Shown in pieces: positions 13,258 through 26,705 of a DNA stretch of 64,000 nt. The stretch lies in NCBI GenBank assembly GCA_951406725.2, contig OX597837.1:21080001-21144000 (forward strand), written 5' to 3'. Every line of letters begins with the position of its first letter. Within the stretch, counting starts at the first letter, position 1. Below the pieces are notes generated by a model. That model had not been told where the DNA came from. It ran no database searches and saw nothing but the letters and a program-made list of their open reading frames with translations. The translations under genes were made by a program, and so were the position numbers. The stretch comes from Octopus vulgaris. Its lineage: Eukaryota.

Positions 13258-14412
13258 CTAAAAAAGAGAGAGAAGGAAAAATTTCAATAATTTATAACTC
13301 AGTGTTCAGCAATAAATCCCATTTAACAATTTCACAATAAAAATGTTCAAACTGTATTTATTATTTATATTTACATGACCAATGTGTTTGTTTTGTAGCG
13401 AAAAGAGATATAAGGTGTTAGTAAATAAGCCTGGGTGGTGTTAGAGCAGGAAAACAAGGTTGAAAGTCAGGTAAAGTATCAAAGCTTAATTGGATTCTTG
13501 ATCCTGTATTTTGAAGATGTTCTTCCAATAACCAACTGCTATGAAGCTGCAGTTTAATAAAAACGTTTGATTACTTCAGCCTTCCCAAGTGATAACACCC
13601 CTAAAATATTTCACTTTAATCTGTACCATCTTGATTTAGCATAAAAGGGTGGGGTGGGTTATTTTTAAGACAATGGTTTAATACCTGTAGTAGAAAAAAT
13701 AAAATAATATTGCTGTCCATCAGCTAGAAATTTTTCAATTTCCAAATAACAATGATTTTTGAAAGTGTGATCAAGAGTTAGCTTTGCTATGCAGGAGAAT
13801 GGTAAACCAAGAGGCTGCCATACCTTTCTGAAGGGCATCAGAGAAAGAAATAAATAGATCCACAAAATAAGGTCATAAACTGGCTTTCAAAAGAAGGACG
13901 ACTGTTTTCAATGTAAAAAGTTTAAAGCAAATGAAATTTAGTAAATTGTCCAGAAATTAACTGGGTAAAATAAAGTAACATATATGCCAATGGGAAGGAA
14001 AACCATAGGAAGGAACCTTTGATTTCAATGAGGTGAAAATATGATTAAATATATTTACACATGTCCCAATGAGTATGATGTGGCATGATTGTCTAGCCTG
14101 GCTTTTAGTTACATTGGTCTTTCACTGGCTGAAACACTTGCACATGCCATGACTACAGATAATAGAAGTAGTTTTCTAACTAAACTGGTTGGTCCTGGCC
14201 ATTGACAGTTGTTTGTTGTCAGCATCTGGTGATATTCCCCATTGATTCAATGAATTCATTTGCCAAAATAGTTATACCCGAGACACATTATAATCATTGT
14301 AGTTTCAAAGAGGATTAAGATTGTTATAGAAACTACTTTATAAAGAAGGCTTTGGTTAGTCAAATGAAACACGTTGGGTTGATGCTAGTTTAGTTGAATT
14401 TTTCCTCTCAGT

Positions 14413-14790
14413 GGGCATGGCTGTGTAGTAAGAAGTTTGCTTCCCAACCACATAGTTCTGGGTTCACTCCCACTGCATGGCAACTTGAGCAAGTGTCTTC
14501 TATTATAGCCTCAGACCAACCAAAACATGAGTGGATTTGTTAACAAAAACTGAAAGAAGCCCATCAAATATATGTGCATGTGAGTGTGTTTTTCCCCCAC
14601 CACTGCTTGACAACCAGTGTTGGTGTGCTTACATCCCCGTAACTAAGCGGTTCAGCAAAGACACCAATAGAATAAATACAAGGCTTAAAAAGAAAACAAG
14701 TACTGGGGTTGATTAGTTCAACTGAAATTCCTCAAGGTGGTGCCCCAGCATGGCCACAGTCTAATGACTGAAACAAGGAAAAGATAAAAG
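14413..14790 (+). mobile_element. SINE family A. Further + copies at about 4895-5250, 17327-17750, 36806-36990, 37173-37640, 49323-49500, 49503-49870, 50887-51045
   Basis: Same head, core and tail as 2672-3077. Confidence 0.85.
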
Positions 14791-15048
14791 ATATCCCACT
14801 GTACTGGTTTTAGACAAGTGCTGATGTTGTATGGTACATATGATGCAAGTAGATTTTTCTGCAAACAGAAGTTATGACAATTAAAATGTCCAATTAGAGT
14901 TGAATTATTTTTCAATACCACAGAGAAAATAAAGAAATTAGGCAGAGAAGGATTATCAAGCAGGCTTTACAAGCTACACCTTCTCCAGCAACTTGAAATT
15001 ATCTCAATCTCATTTAACGCCCTTCACTTTGATGATGATGATGATGAT

Positions 15049-15904
15049 CAGTGCTTCTCAACAGGGGTCCAGACAAGATTTTGTAATTAAACTCCATGTG
15101 CAATAAATTGGTTATACTTCTACAATGCACAAAGCAGGCATGGCTGTATGTTAAGAAGTTTGTCTCCCAACCATGTGGCTCCAGGTTCAGTTCCACTGCA
15201 TGGCACCTCAGGCAAGTATCTTCTACAATAGCCCCAGGCTGAGCAAAGCCTTGTGAGTGGATTTGGTAAACAGAAACTGAAAGAAGCCCATCATGTATGT
15301 GTGTGTGTGTGTGTGTGTGAACTACTAACAACACATCATAATAACAACATCATCTAGCTTACAGTGAAATGTAAATCTTATCACTTCAAAGTCTATTACA
15401 TCACCTGATGATGCTCCTTTGCACCGTGAGATGCATCTGATGCAATTACATCGTTCCCCAATCACTGAGAAGTAGTGCAGTAGTAGCCAAAACAATTGTG
15501 CTAAATTAAGCTTCCAGTTACACTGTCTTCTGTACCAATCATTTAGAATAAATGTGTGTGTGTGTTTGTCCCCCAACATGGTTTGACAACTGGTGTTGGT
15601 TTGTTTACATCCCTGTCACTGAGCAGTTTGGAAAAAAGAGACCAAAAGCATAAGTACTAGCTTTAAAAAAAAAAATCCTGGGGTCGATTTGTTTGGCTAA
15701 AACCCTTCAAAGTAGCGCTCCAGCATGGCTGCAGTCAAATGATTGAAATAAGTAAATTATAAAAAAATGAGACAATTCCTAAAACCATCTAATTATAAAA
15801 AATATTGTAAGATTCTTTAAAACATTGAATGGCTATGGGGGTCCACAGGAGTAAAATGGGAATCAAAAGGGGTCCACAGGTGGAAAAATGTTTGAGAATC
15901 ACTG
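15049..15904. mobile_element. hAT MITE interrupted by a SINE that is itself interrupted
   Basis: TIRs at both ends, 8-bp TSD ATGATGAT/ATGATAAT. SINE halves at 15136-15325 and 15553-15765. Confidence 0.75.
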
Positions 15905-17490
15905 ATGATAATGGTTGTCATCAGTGTTGTCATCACTACTACCTAACACAGGCAAAATACCACAAATTTGGGAGTAGGGAAAAAATTAAATTGACCTCAA
16001 ATACTCATTTTAATGGACCATGAAGGATGATAAGCAAAGTCAATCTCAGTGGGGTTTGAACTTGGAATGAGAAGCACAACAGTTTCTCAATTAGGCACAA
16101 GACCTCAATTCTTGGAGAAGATTGTTGATGGTACTAACCCCTACTAATTGAACAGTACTTATTTTACCAACGCCAAAAAGATGAAAGACAAAGTCAACAT
16201 AGCCACGCACATTAACTATTACTTGACTGACATTTCATCAACTCCAGATGAATGAAAGGTGAAGCTGACCTCAGCAGGATTTGAACTCAGAATGTAAAAG
16301 GATGAGAACAAATAACACAAGCTTTTTATTCACAGCTCTACCAATTCTGCTAATCCACCAATAATAACACAGGCATAATGTGAGAAATTCAGTAAAGGAG
16401 GTGGGGGATAGTCAATCACATTACCTCTACTAACATTAGTAAGTTCTTGTGGAGACACAAGGCCAGTATCTGGGAGAGAGGGGCAGTCGATCATATCTGC
16501 GCTAGTACTTGACTGTTAATTTTTACATGTCACCAACACTGGCCATGCCCACAATTTCATAGTTTGAGGCTATGTAGTTAGAGTTTAAATTTTTTGTGGG
16601 GTACTACTAACAATATACACATATATAGTCAATATTTTAACGTATTTCAACACTATTAACTTTTCGTACATATGTGATCAGAATTTGAATGTATTTCGAG
16701 TACTTCTATTATTCACCAATATCTGAAACAAAAAAATTCTTGTTATATATATCTATGAACATCAACATATTTTTCTACATGGGTGGTTGGTAGTTCAATG
16801 TATTTTGCAGTTATTATAAGCACCAATATCTGAAAATAAATTGTGTTGCTGACAACATTTGAGTATGAACCTGTTTCTGTAGCATTTCATTTAATGGTTA
16901 ACTGATTTTATTTCTTGTACAACCAGTCGCTTCACTATTATATATCTCAATAACTTGTGGCAAAAAAAAAAAGGGAAAACTTTAAAAAAAAAATTTAAAA
17001 AAGCAAGAAGAAATTCTATTTTGGCAAGCTGTCACTGATAAAAGAAACTTCAGTTTCTTGGCTTGTAGTAGCTTCTGAGAGACTTGGTGGTAACAAGGGA
17101 AGTCAACCAACCAAACTGATAAAAACAGACATTTTCTTATTTTTTATTGTAGTTGTTTTTTTATATATAATAGTAGTTTTTTAAAAATTTCAGGTCAGTT
17201 CTGGTTCAGCAGAACTGTGATCAAAAGCATCCCACTGAGAATCACTGTCACCTGGTGCATCTAGGATTACATTATCCAATGTGCTCTCCCCAACTTTTAT
17301 ATTTTATCGTATGTTATTTTACACATATGGTTGCGTGATTAAGAAGCTCACTTTGTAACCATGTGGTTTTGGGTTCAGTCCCACTGCACTGTACCTTGGG
17401 CAAGTGTCTGTTACTATAGCCCTAGGCCAACCAAAGCCTTGTAAGTGGATTTAGTAGATGGAAACTGTAAGTCTGCTGTTTATGTGTGTG

Positions 17491-17557
<67 letters not shown>

Positions 17558-20454
17558 ACCTCCCTCTGCTTGACAAGTGGTGTCAATTTGTTTACATCCC
17601 AGTAACTTAGAAGTTTCAACAAAAGAAACTGATAGCATAAGTATCAGATTTAAAACATAAGAACAAGTGTTGGTTTGTTCAAACTAAACCCTTCAAGGTG
17701 GTGCCCCATAATGGCTGCAGTCCAATGACTGAAAGATGTGAAAGATAACAGGCAAGACAGTGAGATTTGAGAGAAATTTGACTGCTATTTCTAACAGACT
17801 GAGCAATCGTGTACAAGCTCCCACATACTTTTTTTTCCTTTTTAGAACATGGTTTTAATTTTGGTAGGCAAATGTGCTAGCTTGAGGAACACATGAGAGT
17901 ACTACTATATAACAATAGTGATTATTATGTTAATGATTATATATAGAGATACCACATATTTAATGATGTAGGACAACATTTAAAACACAGAAATTTGCCA
18001 TAACATGCCCTACACACAAACACATCTTACAAGCACAAAGCGACACACACACAACATCAACTGTCGACCTCTAATCACAACTTCATCTATCTTTCATATC
18101 TGTACAGTTTTTCACCATTTTAAGTGTGACCGTTTAACACTGTTGGAGATTTTCTAAAAATAAACTCCTGTAAAAAGATGTCAGTAAAACCAGTCACAAA
18201 CATCGGATGTCAACACCATTTTGAAGTTGTATTTTCAACACAGAACCAGAAACCAAGAAATCAGCCCAAACTTTGGTAACATGCAATATGAAACTCCACA
18301 ACTATTCAGCATGTGTGTGTGAAATATTACCTACTTTTCATGAACTACAGAGGCTCATGAAACTTAAGGTTCAATCCAGATTAAGGAAGGAAGAGAGAAT
18401 AATAAATTTATCTTCCCATCTATACATCGATGTCTGTCTAGCTGTCAATCAATTCATCAATCCATCCATCCATTCATTTATCTATTTATCTGGCAATAAT
18501 CAACTAAAGGAAAAATTCCCAAAATCTCACATCTATTCCCAAGTCAAGACAATGTGGTGTTTTTGCATGTGCGTGACTGTATGCATGCGAGAGAGAGAGA
18601 GAGAGAGAAAGAACAAGCATGGGTGTGTGTGTGTGTGAGAGAGAGAGAGCACATATGAATGTGTGTGTGTTTGAAACAAAAACAATAAATCTTCATCACA
18701 TAAGTTTTATAGATTTTTAATGGGTTTTCTTTTACAAATTCATTGCTATTTTTAATTCACAAATAATTCATTGCTATTCTCTGAACAGTTTAGCAGGAAC
18801 AACTTGTACCATAACTAAAACACCCACACAATACATGTAATGTTAATGGCATGCAGGAATTCTGTTGAATGGCCTAGAAATATCACTGCAAATATCTTCA
18901 TATCCACAGGGATATGTCTTAAGTTTTCAATCTACATCGAGCATTATACACAGAGACACAATGCCTTGACAGTGAAATTTTGTGGAAGGAAACCTGTAAA
19001 AAAAAAACTCATCCTATATATATGTGTGTGCGTGTGTGTATAAGTGCATCCATTCATGTCTACTCATGTAAAGCAATATTTATTCGTTTGTGTCAAGCAA
19101 AACAAATTGCCCATTCGATAAACACTGACCTATAAAACCATGCATCAGACTGATATAAGTATTGAGGGAGGAAAGAACCTCCTTGGAAAGGCAGTGCACC
19201 AGGGTGGTCCCAGTCAAATGACTGAAACCAACAAAAGAATAACAGAATAATATAAATATACACACAAATACATACTTATACATACATACATACATGTAGA
19301 TACATGCACATGGCTTCTATAAAACATTACAGCTTTATATTTGTGTGAAAGTGTAAGCTTGACTGAACTGTACCATCATACTAAAGCAACACTACAACAA
19401 AATGTTATCAAAAGAATACAAAAGAACAGAAGACCAACTGCTCCATCGTTGTATAAATTTCATTGTCAGTAATAATAAACAAAATTAACTTTTAATTAAC
19501 TAAATAAGATTAATAAGAATAATAAAATCACCAAAAATGCAACAACCTAAAGTATTATTATTAGTAGTAGTGGTAGTAGTAATATAAAGAGATACTAATG
19601 TTAAACAAGGTATAGAAAGCAACACCCTTGAACCAAAGTTGTTAGTAGTAGAGATTAAGCGGATTCACAACAAGGGAGACGTGGAATAAGGCAGAGGACT
19701 TCAAAAAGTGGGTTTTAGGTAAATACAGACCCAGGAGTTCATCAAATAAATTTCAGACAGAGGGAAGTGATATTTTCCACATTTTACATTTGAAACAATA
19801 CAATTTTTTGTTAAAATAAGGTTTGTAAAAAAAAAAACATTGTAGGACAAGGATATTTTGATTTATGATTTTGTTGTTTTTAGAAAAAATTTCTATAATA
19901 TTGAACACATTAGTGGGGATTGGGGATAACCATTTTCAAAACTAGGTACAAACTAGTAAACTTGACTATGGTAGCCTTGTGCAACAACAAAACTTCAAAC
20001 TATTCAATATTGCTACAGAGCTGCGAAATTTCTAAAACCAAGAACAATTTTTTTCTCTTTTTTTTCTTTTGTCATTAAGGTCTTGCAATTATAAAGTTGT
20101 AGATTCATTTCCTGGACAAGATGGTGTGTTGTGATCTCGAGCAAGGTACTTCATTTTACATGCTGCTTCAATCTATTCAGTTATAAATGAATAGCAGTTG
20201 AATGCTGATGTAGCTCTCACTATTCCCATATGCTATTCTCTGGATGTGTTGCTAGGTCAAAAATGGGGAGGCTGAGACGGTGTCTATGTCAGTTAGCAAC
20301 TACACTGAAACTAAAAGTATTTAGCAAAAGCATTGCACATATTACGAAGTTATACTCATCCACAAGTAACAGCTGACTGTACAATAATATCACAGCAATG
20401 ATAACTACAATAAGGAGTACGGTTGTACAAATTTAGAATGCTTTTGCTCTAAGC

Positions 20455-20700
20455 CAGGGGTTCACAACCATTTTTTGCCTATGGACCCCTCTGATTCCTA
20501 TTTTATTTGGATGGACATTCCTAGCTATTCACTGTTTTAAAAAATCCTTCTGAATTTTTATAATTAACTATTATTGGAAATTGTATTACAAAAAAAAATG
20601 TTGTGCATTGTAAAAGTATAAGCAATTTATTGCAGATAAATTTTACCAAAATTTTATGAGGACCCCAAAGAGCCATATGGACCCCATTTGAGAACCACTG
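20455..20700. mobile_element. hAT (Charlie-like) MITE; other copies at about 4790-5378, 15049-15904, 22515-22760, 47370-47719, 51880-52330
   Basis: TIR CAG(G/T)GGTTC.CAAC / TTGAGAACCACTG with a degenerate 8-bp TSD (CTCTAAGC/GCCTAAGC). Confidence 0.8.
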
Positions 20701-21013
20701 GCCTAAGCAATGCCACATGCTTTCGTCTGTGCCACAGCTACTTTATTAGCTCAAACAAACATCTACCATTTCCAGGGTTCTGCCTCTCCACAATGCAAGA
20801 GCTGTTGATGGCAACATATTTTGATGCAGGCAAAGACTCAGAGACAGCATCAACTTAAACACCAGGACTGTGTGTGCGCACACACATGCGAGTCTATATC
20901 ACCTTCTTTTAACAGCCACTTGTCCATGCTTGCATGGGTCAGATGGAATTTATTGTGACAGATCTCCAATGGCCAGATGCTCATTTGCAACCATGTCACT
21001 AACACACACACAC

Positions 21014-21044
<31 letters not shown>

Positions 21045-21049
21045 CACAT

Positions 21050-21198
21050 ATGTTTTTTCTCTCCTTGTTTTCTGTGTCCCTTTCTGTAGAAGAGCGTAGG
21101 CTCGAAACATAAAAGACTTTTTCTATTCCTGAGCATTATACTAATACATCTGTTTGTTTTGTATACCACCTGTCTTCGTCTCTTTTTTCGTAATCTCT

Positions 21199-21203
<5 letters not shown>
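21050..21203 (+). mobile_element. Family E copy
   Basis: Near-identical to 39285-39442, between (TA)n tracts. Motif at 21080-21115 with CpG decay (CGT>CAT). Confidence 0.65.
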
Positions 21204-21251
<48 letters not shown>

Positions 21252-23494
21252 TGTATGTATGTATGTACACACACAGATATGTATGTATGATTTTATTTAC
21301 ACGTGTGTGTGTGTGTGTAAATATTGCATTGTGGGTTGATGCAGTATGCCAAACGCAGATGGTTCAAACCACTTATAAGCAAATTATTTGTCACTTAAAA
21401 AAACAATGTAGAAGAAGCAAACAAATGAGTTAACAATGTGGATATTCTTGTTGCTAGCTTTATAAATTATAAAACCTTATAGAGCAAGCACTTTTGAATT
21501 ACATTTCCTTTTCAGATAGACTGGTATGCTAAGTCAATATTGACAACTGAAAGTTGTGAATGTTGGACACATAACCCTGTACTTTTACCCCCAGCCTATC
21601 TCTTCCCTATCTCCCACAGTCAGCATTAGCTCCCTAAATGGATTCAGCAATCTTCAGATTCAATGACTCTTGAGGCTTCAGCAAAATCTCAATTGTTAGA
21701 TATTAAAAACTGCGTCTGGTGGTGTTTTGAAGCATCACTCTGTTATTCTTATTAGTAGTTCCCCTTTTTGTTGAGCCATAGTAACAGGACAGTTGGTGAA
21801 CCACAGTTAAAAGAACAGACTAGGCAGTTTTCTTATTTGTGGCTCTCTGCTCCAAAGGGACAGCCACTAAGCTGGTACTTTTGTGGTCATTGTTAGGCAA
21901 TGACTACAACTACTGCCTAAGTAACATCATCTTGATATTATGACAAGTTCAGATCCTTTGAAGCAGCTCCTTTATCTATTCTCCACCTGCTCCTAATAAC
22001 AGAGTACACCAATAACAGAGTACCCATCCTTATCAATCCTTTCCATCTGCTACAGATCCTGTGTGGCAGTGAATGAACTTGTCCATCCCATAGTTAGTGC
22101 AATGAGGCTAAGCACTTGAGATCCATGTGTAAAAAAAAAGCTTCAGGCTGATGTCTGCTAGCTACTACAAACTGTTTTGTGAGGCAAATGTACTTCATGC
22201 CAGAGAGAGATCTAAAGGGGAGAAGGATAAGTCAAAACCATGGGTTATCACTGTTAATCTAACACTATACACGTGGGCTTAAATTGTTGGTTACTGAGCA
22301 CCAGATGTTTTCATTAAACATTAAGCTTTGCTGAGAAAAAAAAATAAAGTTTCTTAGGTGTATGTGTTGGGGTGTGGATTAGATGATTTAAGATCCAACC
22401 TTGATCCTTGTGTTACTCTTCCAAACTATCCAACCATCACTTATGATTCTGCTGCATAGCAACAATAATTTGCTCAGTGCTTTGTCAGGATGTAACAAAT
22501 GGAAAGTAAAATCACTGGTTCTCAACCATTTTTCTTTTTGTTGCCCATAAACCCCTTTGATCCCTATTTTACTCTGGTGGATCCTCATGTTTAAAAATCC
22601 TATTATACTTCAAAAATTAAATGTTTTTAGGAATTGCATAAAAAAAATTTTAATACTTTGTGAATTGTAGAAGTATAACTAATTTATTGAAGATAAATTT
22701 TAACAACAAACTTTTATATGGATCCCCAAGGACCATATAGACCCCAGTTGAGAACCACTACTCTAAATGATATCAAAGTAAATATCAATATCTGGAAGCT
22801 GTTCCACAAAACAAAATGGGTCAGGTAAAATAAATTGTTGTGATAAATATAAAAAAAAACTAGCAAGACTAAGAAATATGAACCCAAGACCTGGGTCTTA
22901 TACATAAGATATAAACATTAATTCATTGTCTTAGAACTAAGATTTACCAAGGACTGAAGTTAACTGGCTGCCAGTTTCCTTGCTCAAGAACCAACAACTT
23001 GCCCTCCTATGATCAGTATTACTTTGTGGCCATAACCAAGATATACCAAAGCTATTGGTGAAGTCTTGGTGGATTTTGATAGAAAACTGAAGAAGATACA
23101 ACACAGCAATGTATAACTGGTGATTCATTTCTTGGCAGTACTGAATTTGAATTCTCTCTTAGAGAGAGGAGCAAGGAAGAGAGACAGACAGAGGAGGGAA
23201 GGAAGAGAGCTAGACAGAGAGGGAAGGAGGGGAAGGGAGAGAATGGTAGATTCTGCCAGGCTAACTAGCTCTAGTCAGGTAATCTTTTATGAGAAGCAAG
23301 CTGCATGAGATTTGGCTCATCTTCAGGTGGGCCACACTACTAAAAAACCTCAACATTATTCTTCATCAGGTGCACCATTCAGAAAGTCCCACAGGCCACA
23401 GTTTACTTGTGACTGCTCTAAATTATAAAGAGCTCTATAATCCACTTGGTTTGTAAGGACACTGCTAACTACATCTTTACACAGGATTGTTTAA

Positions 23495-23714
23495 CCCTTT
23501 AGCGTTCAGATTAATTTGTCAAAAGTAATCCTTATATATTCACATTTAAAAAAATTTATCTGATATTATTTTGTACCTTCAAGATAGGAAAGATGTAATT
23601 GCTTATTTTTAGAGTGACATTGCAGGGTAGTTGTGAGATGCATGTTCTGGCCAGTTTGAGCATAAAATGTGTAGAATATTTGGGCCGGATACAGCCGGTT
23701 TAAACATTAAAGGG
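23495..23714. mobile_element. piggyBac-like MITE; related copies at about 26045-26268, 27650-27860, 34310-34499, 51985-52208
   Basis: TTAA on both flanks, termini CCCTTTA...TAAAGGG. Confidence 0.85.
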
Positions 23715-24245
23715 TTAAGGCAAGTAACTTTGACAAAGCACATCCTCACAAAGCTCAACACTTCTTAATCCAAAGCACTGTTTACAAGTAGAGACTGAGT
23801 TGTTAATTCAAGGTGTTTTGACCACATACTGAATACAAACAGAAACCACTGGTGACAAGATAGAAACAATCAAACTGACCAGCTCTCAACTGATTGACCA
23901 GTAGTAAAAAATATCAACTTGGCTGACCTACTACATGTACTGACTTGCTCTAGATAGAGTACACAAAGACAGATCTTACATGACAAAGCTACTGTGAAAG
24001 ATCTGACAAACAGCACTTCAGAAGTCACCAGTAAGATAAACCCAAGTTATACAATAAAGTTAGTCAATAATGAAAATATATTTAGCTCAAAATCAAATAC
24101 ATATTTGTACAAACACTGCATGAAAAAAAGAAAAAAAACATCCTTCTGTACACTTGTACTTCAAGTGGGTGGGTGAATATCTATGTTTAATTTCTTTTTT
24201 TTATTTATTTTATTTTTATTAAGGAGTGGAGAGAGTGAATCTTAC

Positions 24246-24265
24246 CGTGTCCGAGTCGGTTCCAT
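24246..24265 (-). CDS. Candidate alternative first coding exon of TBC1D22 (MEPTRT-R)
   Basis: ATG at 24265 preceded by an in-frame TAA. 20 nt to a CG|GTAAG donor in phase 2, compatible with exon 2. Non-repetitive sequence that locally retains CpG. Confidence 0.45.
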
Positions 24266-24925
24266 CAGTTAGCGTGGCAGCAAAGCAAGCAATGCTAGAA
24301 AATTCAGTCATCCGATACAGCAATGTCCAGCAGAATGGTACTGTTTAATCTGAGGAGAATTGTAGGAAAGTCACTGCAACAGGCATGGTAGACACAGACA
24401 CAACACTTTGAACAAATTTTTTTATTTCTCCACACCAAAAACACCAACAGAGAGAAGACAAAAGAAGCTTTATAGGCCAGCTCAAAGAATATTTCATTAT
24501 TGCTGTGACTACTATGCTTAGTCCAAGACCAGCCCTGATTGAGCAGACCTATGATCAAAGGCACTCCAGCTGTGACCATCCCATCGTTTTAGATGTGTCT
24601 AGGGCCATATGATCTGAGGTCCCCTTTCCTTGTCTAAGACAGTATGGTGCAAGTTGAGAAAATTTTGGCTGCTCTTTCTGTTGTCACTCAGAAATTACAG
24701 TTAATTTATTTTCAGTGAAAGGGAAACAAATTGCATTTCAAGAGAACTTTGAGCAATAGAATTGACTGAGAAGTTTAACAATTTGGTAAAAAAAAAAATA
24801 AACAAAAAACAAAATAAAACAAAAAAAAAACCACTGAAAATTAAATGTAATATCATAGGTGTTAATTAAATCAAACAAAAAAATATTAATTAACAAAATT
24901 GAATAATAATATAGTTAATACTCTC

Positions 24926-25495
24926 ATAGACAGACAAATAGAGGTACAGAAAGATCAACAGCTACAAGAATAGATCAAGACACAGATAGCTCAATTAACA
25001 GATTGAGACTGATAGACAGACAGCTATGAAGAGACATAGATACATAATAAATGTATAGGTATAAGCATAACTGCTATTTTTGTAAGAGAAATAAGGGAGA
25101 GAAAGTTTTAGGGGAGAGACAGTCATATTTGTGAGAAAAAGAGTGAAGTGTCTTTGCATAAAATATGAGAGAGGAGGAATAGGAGAGAGAGTGAATACCT
25201 CCACTTGGAGTTTGATTTACACCTGTGTTTCCAGTTACATCTCTTCATTAAGTGAAGGTTGGGTGGAGATTTTTCACCCCAAGACTGAATAAGGAAACAG
25301 GTTCAGTGAAAGAAAGAGAGAGAGAGAGAGAAGGAAATATAGATAATGCATGAGACAGATAGACAGAGAGCTGGACTGATAGACAAATAGAGGTACAGGT
25401 AGATCAACAGCTACAAGAATAGATCAAGACACAGACAACTCAATTAACAGATTGAGACTGAGAGACAGACAGCTATGAAGAGACACAGATACATA
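24926..25495 (+). repeat. Direct repeat pair of about 115 bp (24926-25045 and 25378-25495)
   Basis: AGACAAATAGAGGTACAG..AGATCAACAGCTACAAGAATAGATCAAGACACAGA...GCTATGAAGAGACA.AGATACATA occurs twice. Confidence 0.85.
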
Positions 25496-26394
25496 TAGAA
25501 CAAGGATAGAAAAAAAGTAAAAATGATAGAAGGAACTTGATATTAACTTGATATTAACAAAGTGGAGTGTTGCTGAATCAGATTAGCCCCAATTGGTCAA
25601 CGGTGTTCCAGCCATAACCATCCCTCTTTTTTTGTGTATAGAAGTCTATCAAAATAGGCTTCACTATTTAAGCTACTAGGGTGCAATTTCAGAAAAATGT
25701 AGGCTATTTCTAGCAAGTTGAGATACTTGGAAGAGGCTCCCCTGTTAGCTCATAATGTTGTTCAGTATTGTTAGTTAGCCCCAGGTGAGCCAATATTAAG
25801 CAAATTCATAATTAAAAGCATTCTAGCTATTATCAGCCTGTCCATTTTTTCCAGACATATTGTATGAAAGACTACATATCATATGGTGTGATTTGAGTGA
25901 GATTTGGCTGCCATTTCTTGCATGTAATGTTGGATCACTTCATTATCTTGTCTTTTGCTGTGTTACAAAAGAGAAGTCAAGCTAACAGGGCCACTCAACC
26001 TGCTAGAAATAGCACCTATACATCCCTCAAACCATGACCTATTTTAACACTAGTATTCAGATTACTGTGCCATTATTAATTCTTATTTATTCACATTGTT
26101 TTGAATTAATCATGGCTTACCTCATAGCTTTGAGATTTCAATGATGTAATTATTTATTTTAAAATGACATTGTAGGGTAGGTGTGAGAGACCAGAGCTGG
26201 CCTGTTTAAACATAAAACAAGTAGAATATTTAGGCCGGATATGGCCGGTTTCAATGCTAAAGGGTTTAAAAGAAAGGACACCAAAGAAGCTTCACATGCC
26301 TGGTCATCCCACTAGAAACATCTGCTAACCCTAACACTCAAAACACACCCAATTATCTTTAAAAACAAAAAGAGACTATACATTGGACAACGTG

Positions 26395-26705
26395 GAGGTG
26401 CAATGGCCCAGTAGTTAGGGCAGCGAATTTGTGGTCAGAGGATTGCAGTTTCGATTGCCAGACCAGGTGTTGTGTGTGTTTATTGAGCGAAAACACCTAA
26501 AGCTCCACGAGGCTCCGGCAGTGGGTGGTGGTGACCCCTGTTGTACTCTTTCGCCCCAACTTTTTCTCACTCTTTCTTCCTGTTTCTTGAGTAATGCTGT
26601 GATGGACTGGCATCTCGTCCAGCTGGGGGGAACACATATGCCACAGAATCCGGGAAACTGAGCCCATGAGCCTGGGTAGGCTTGAAAAGGGCACATAAAT
26701 AAATT
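26395..26705 (+). mobile_element. tRNA-derived SINE family C; partial minus copy at about 5810-5990
   Basis: A box TGGCCCAGTAG, B box GTTTCGATT. Contains GATGGACTGGCATCTCGTCCAG, reminiscent of conserved metazoan SINE central domains, and a (TAAA) tail. Confidence 0.75.

Noticed and set aside
13380-14400. Possible very old DNA-transposon (piggyBac-like) coding remnants
   Set aside because: Only faint motif resemblance, too decayed to support by eye.
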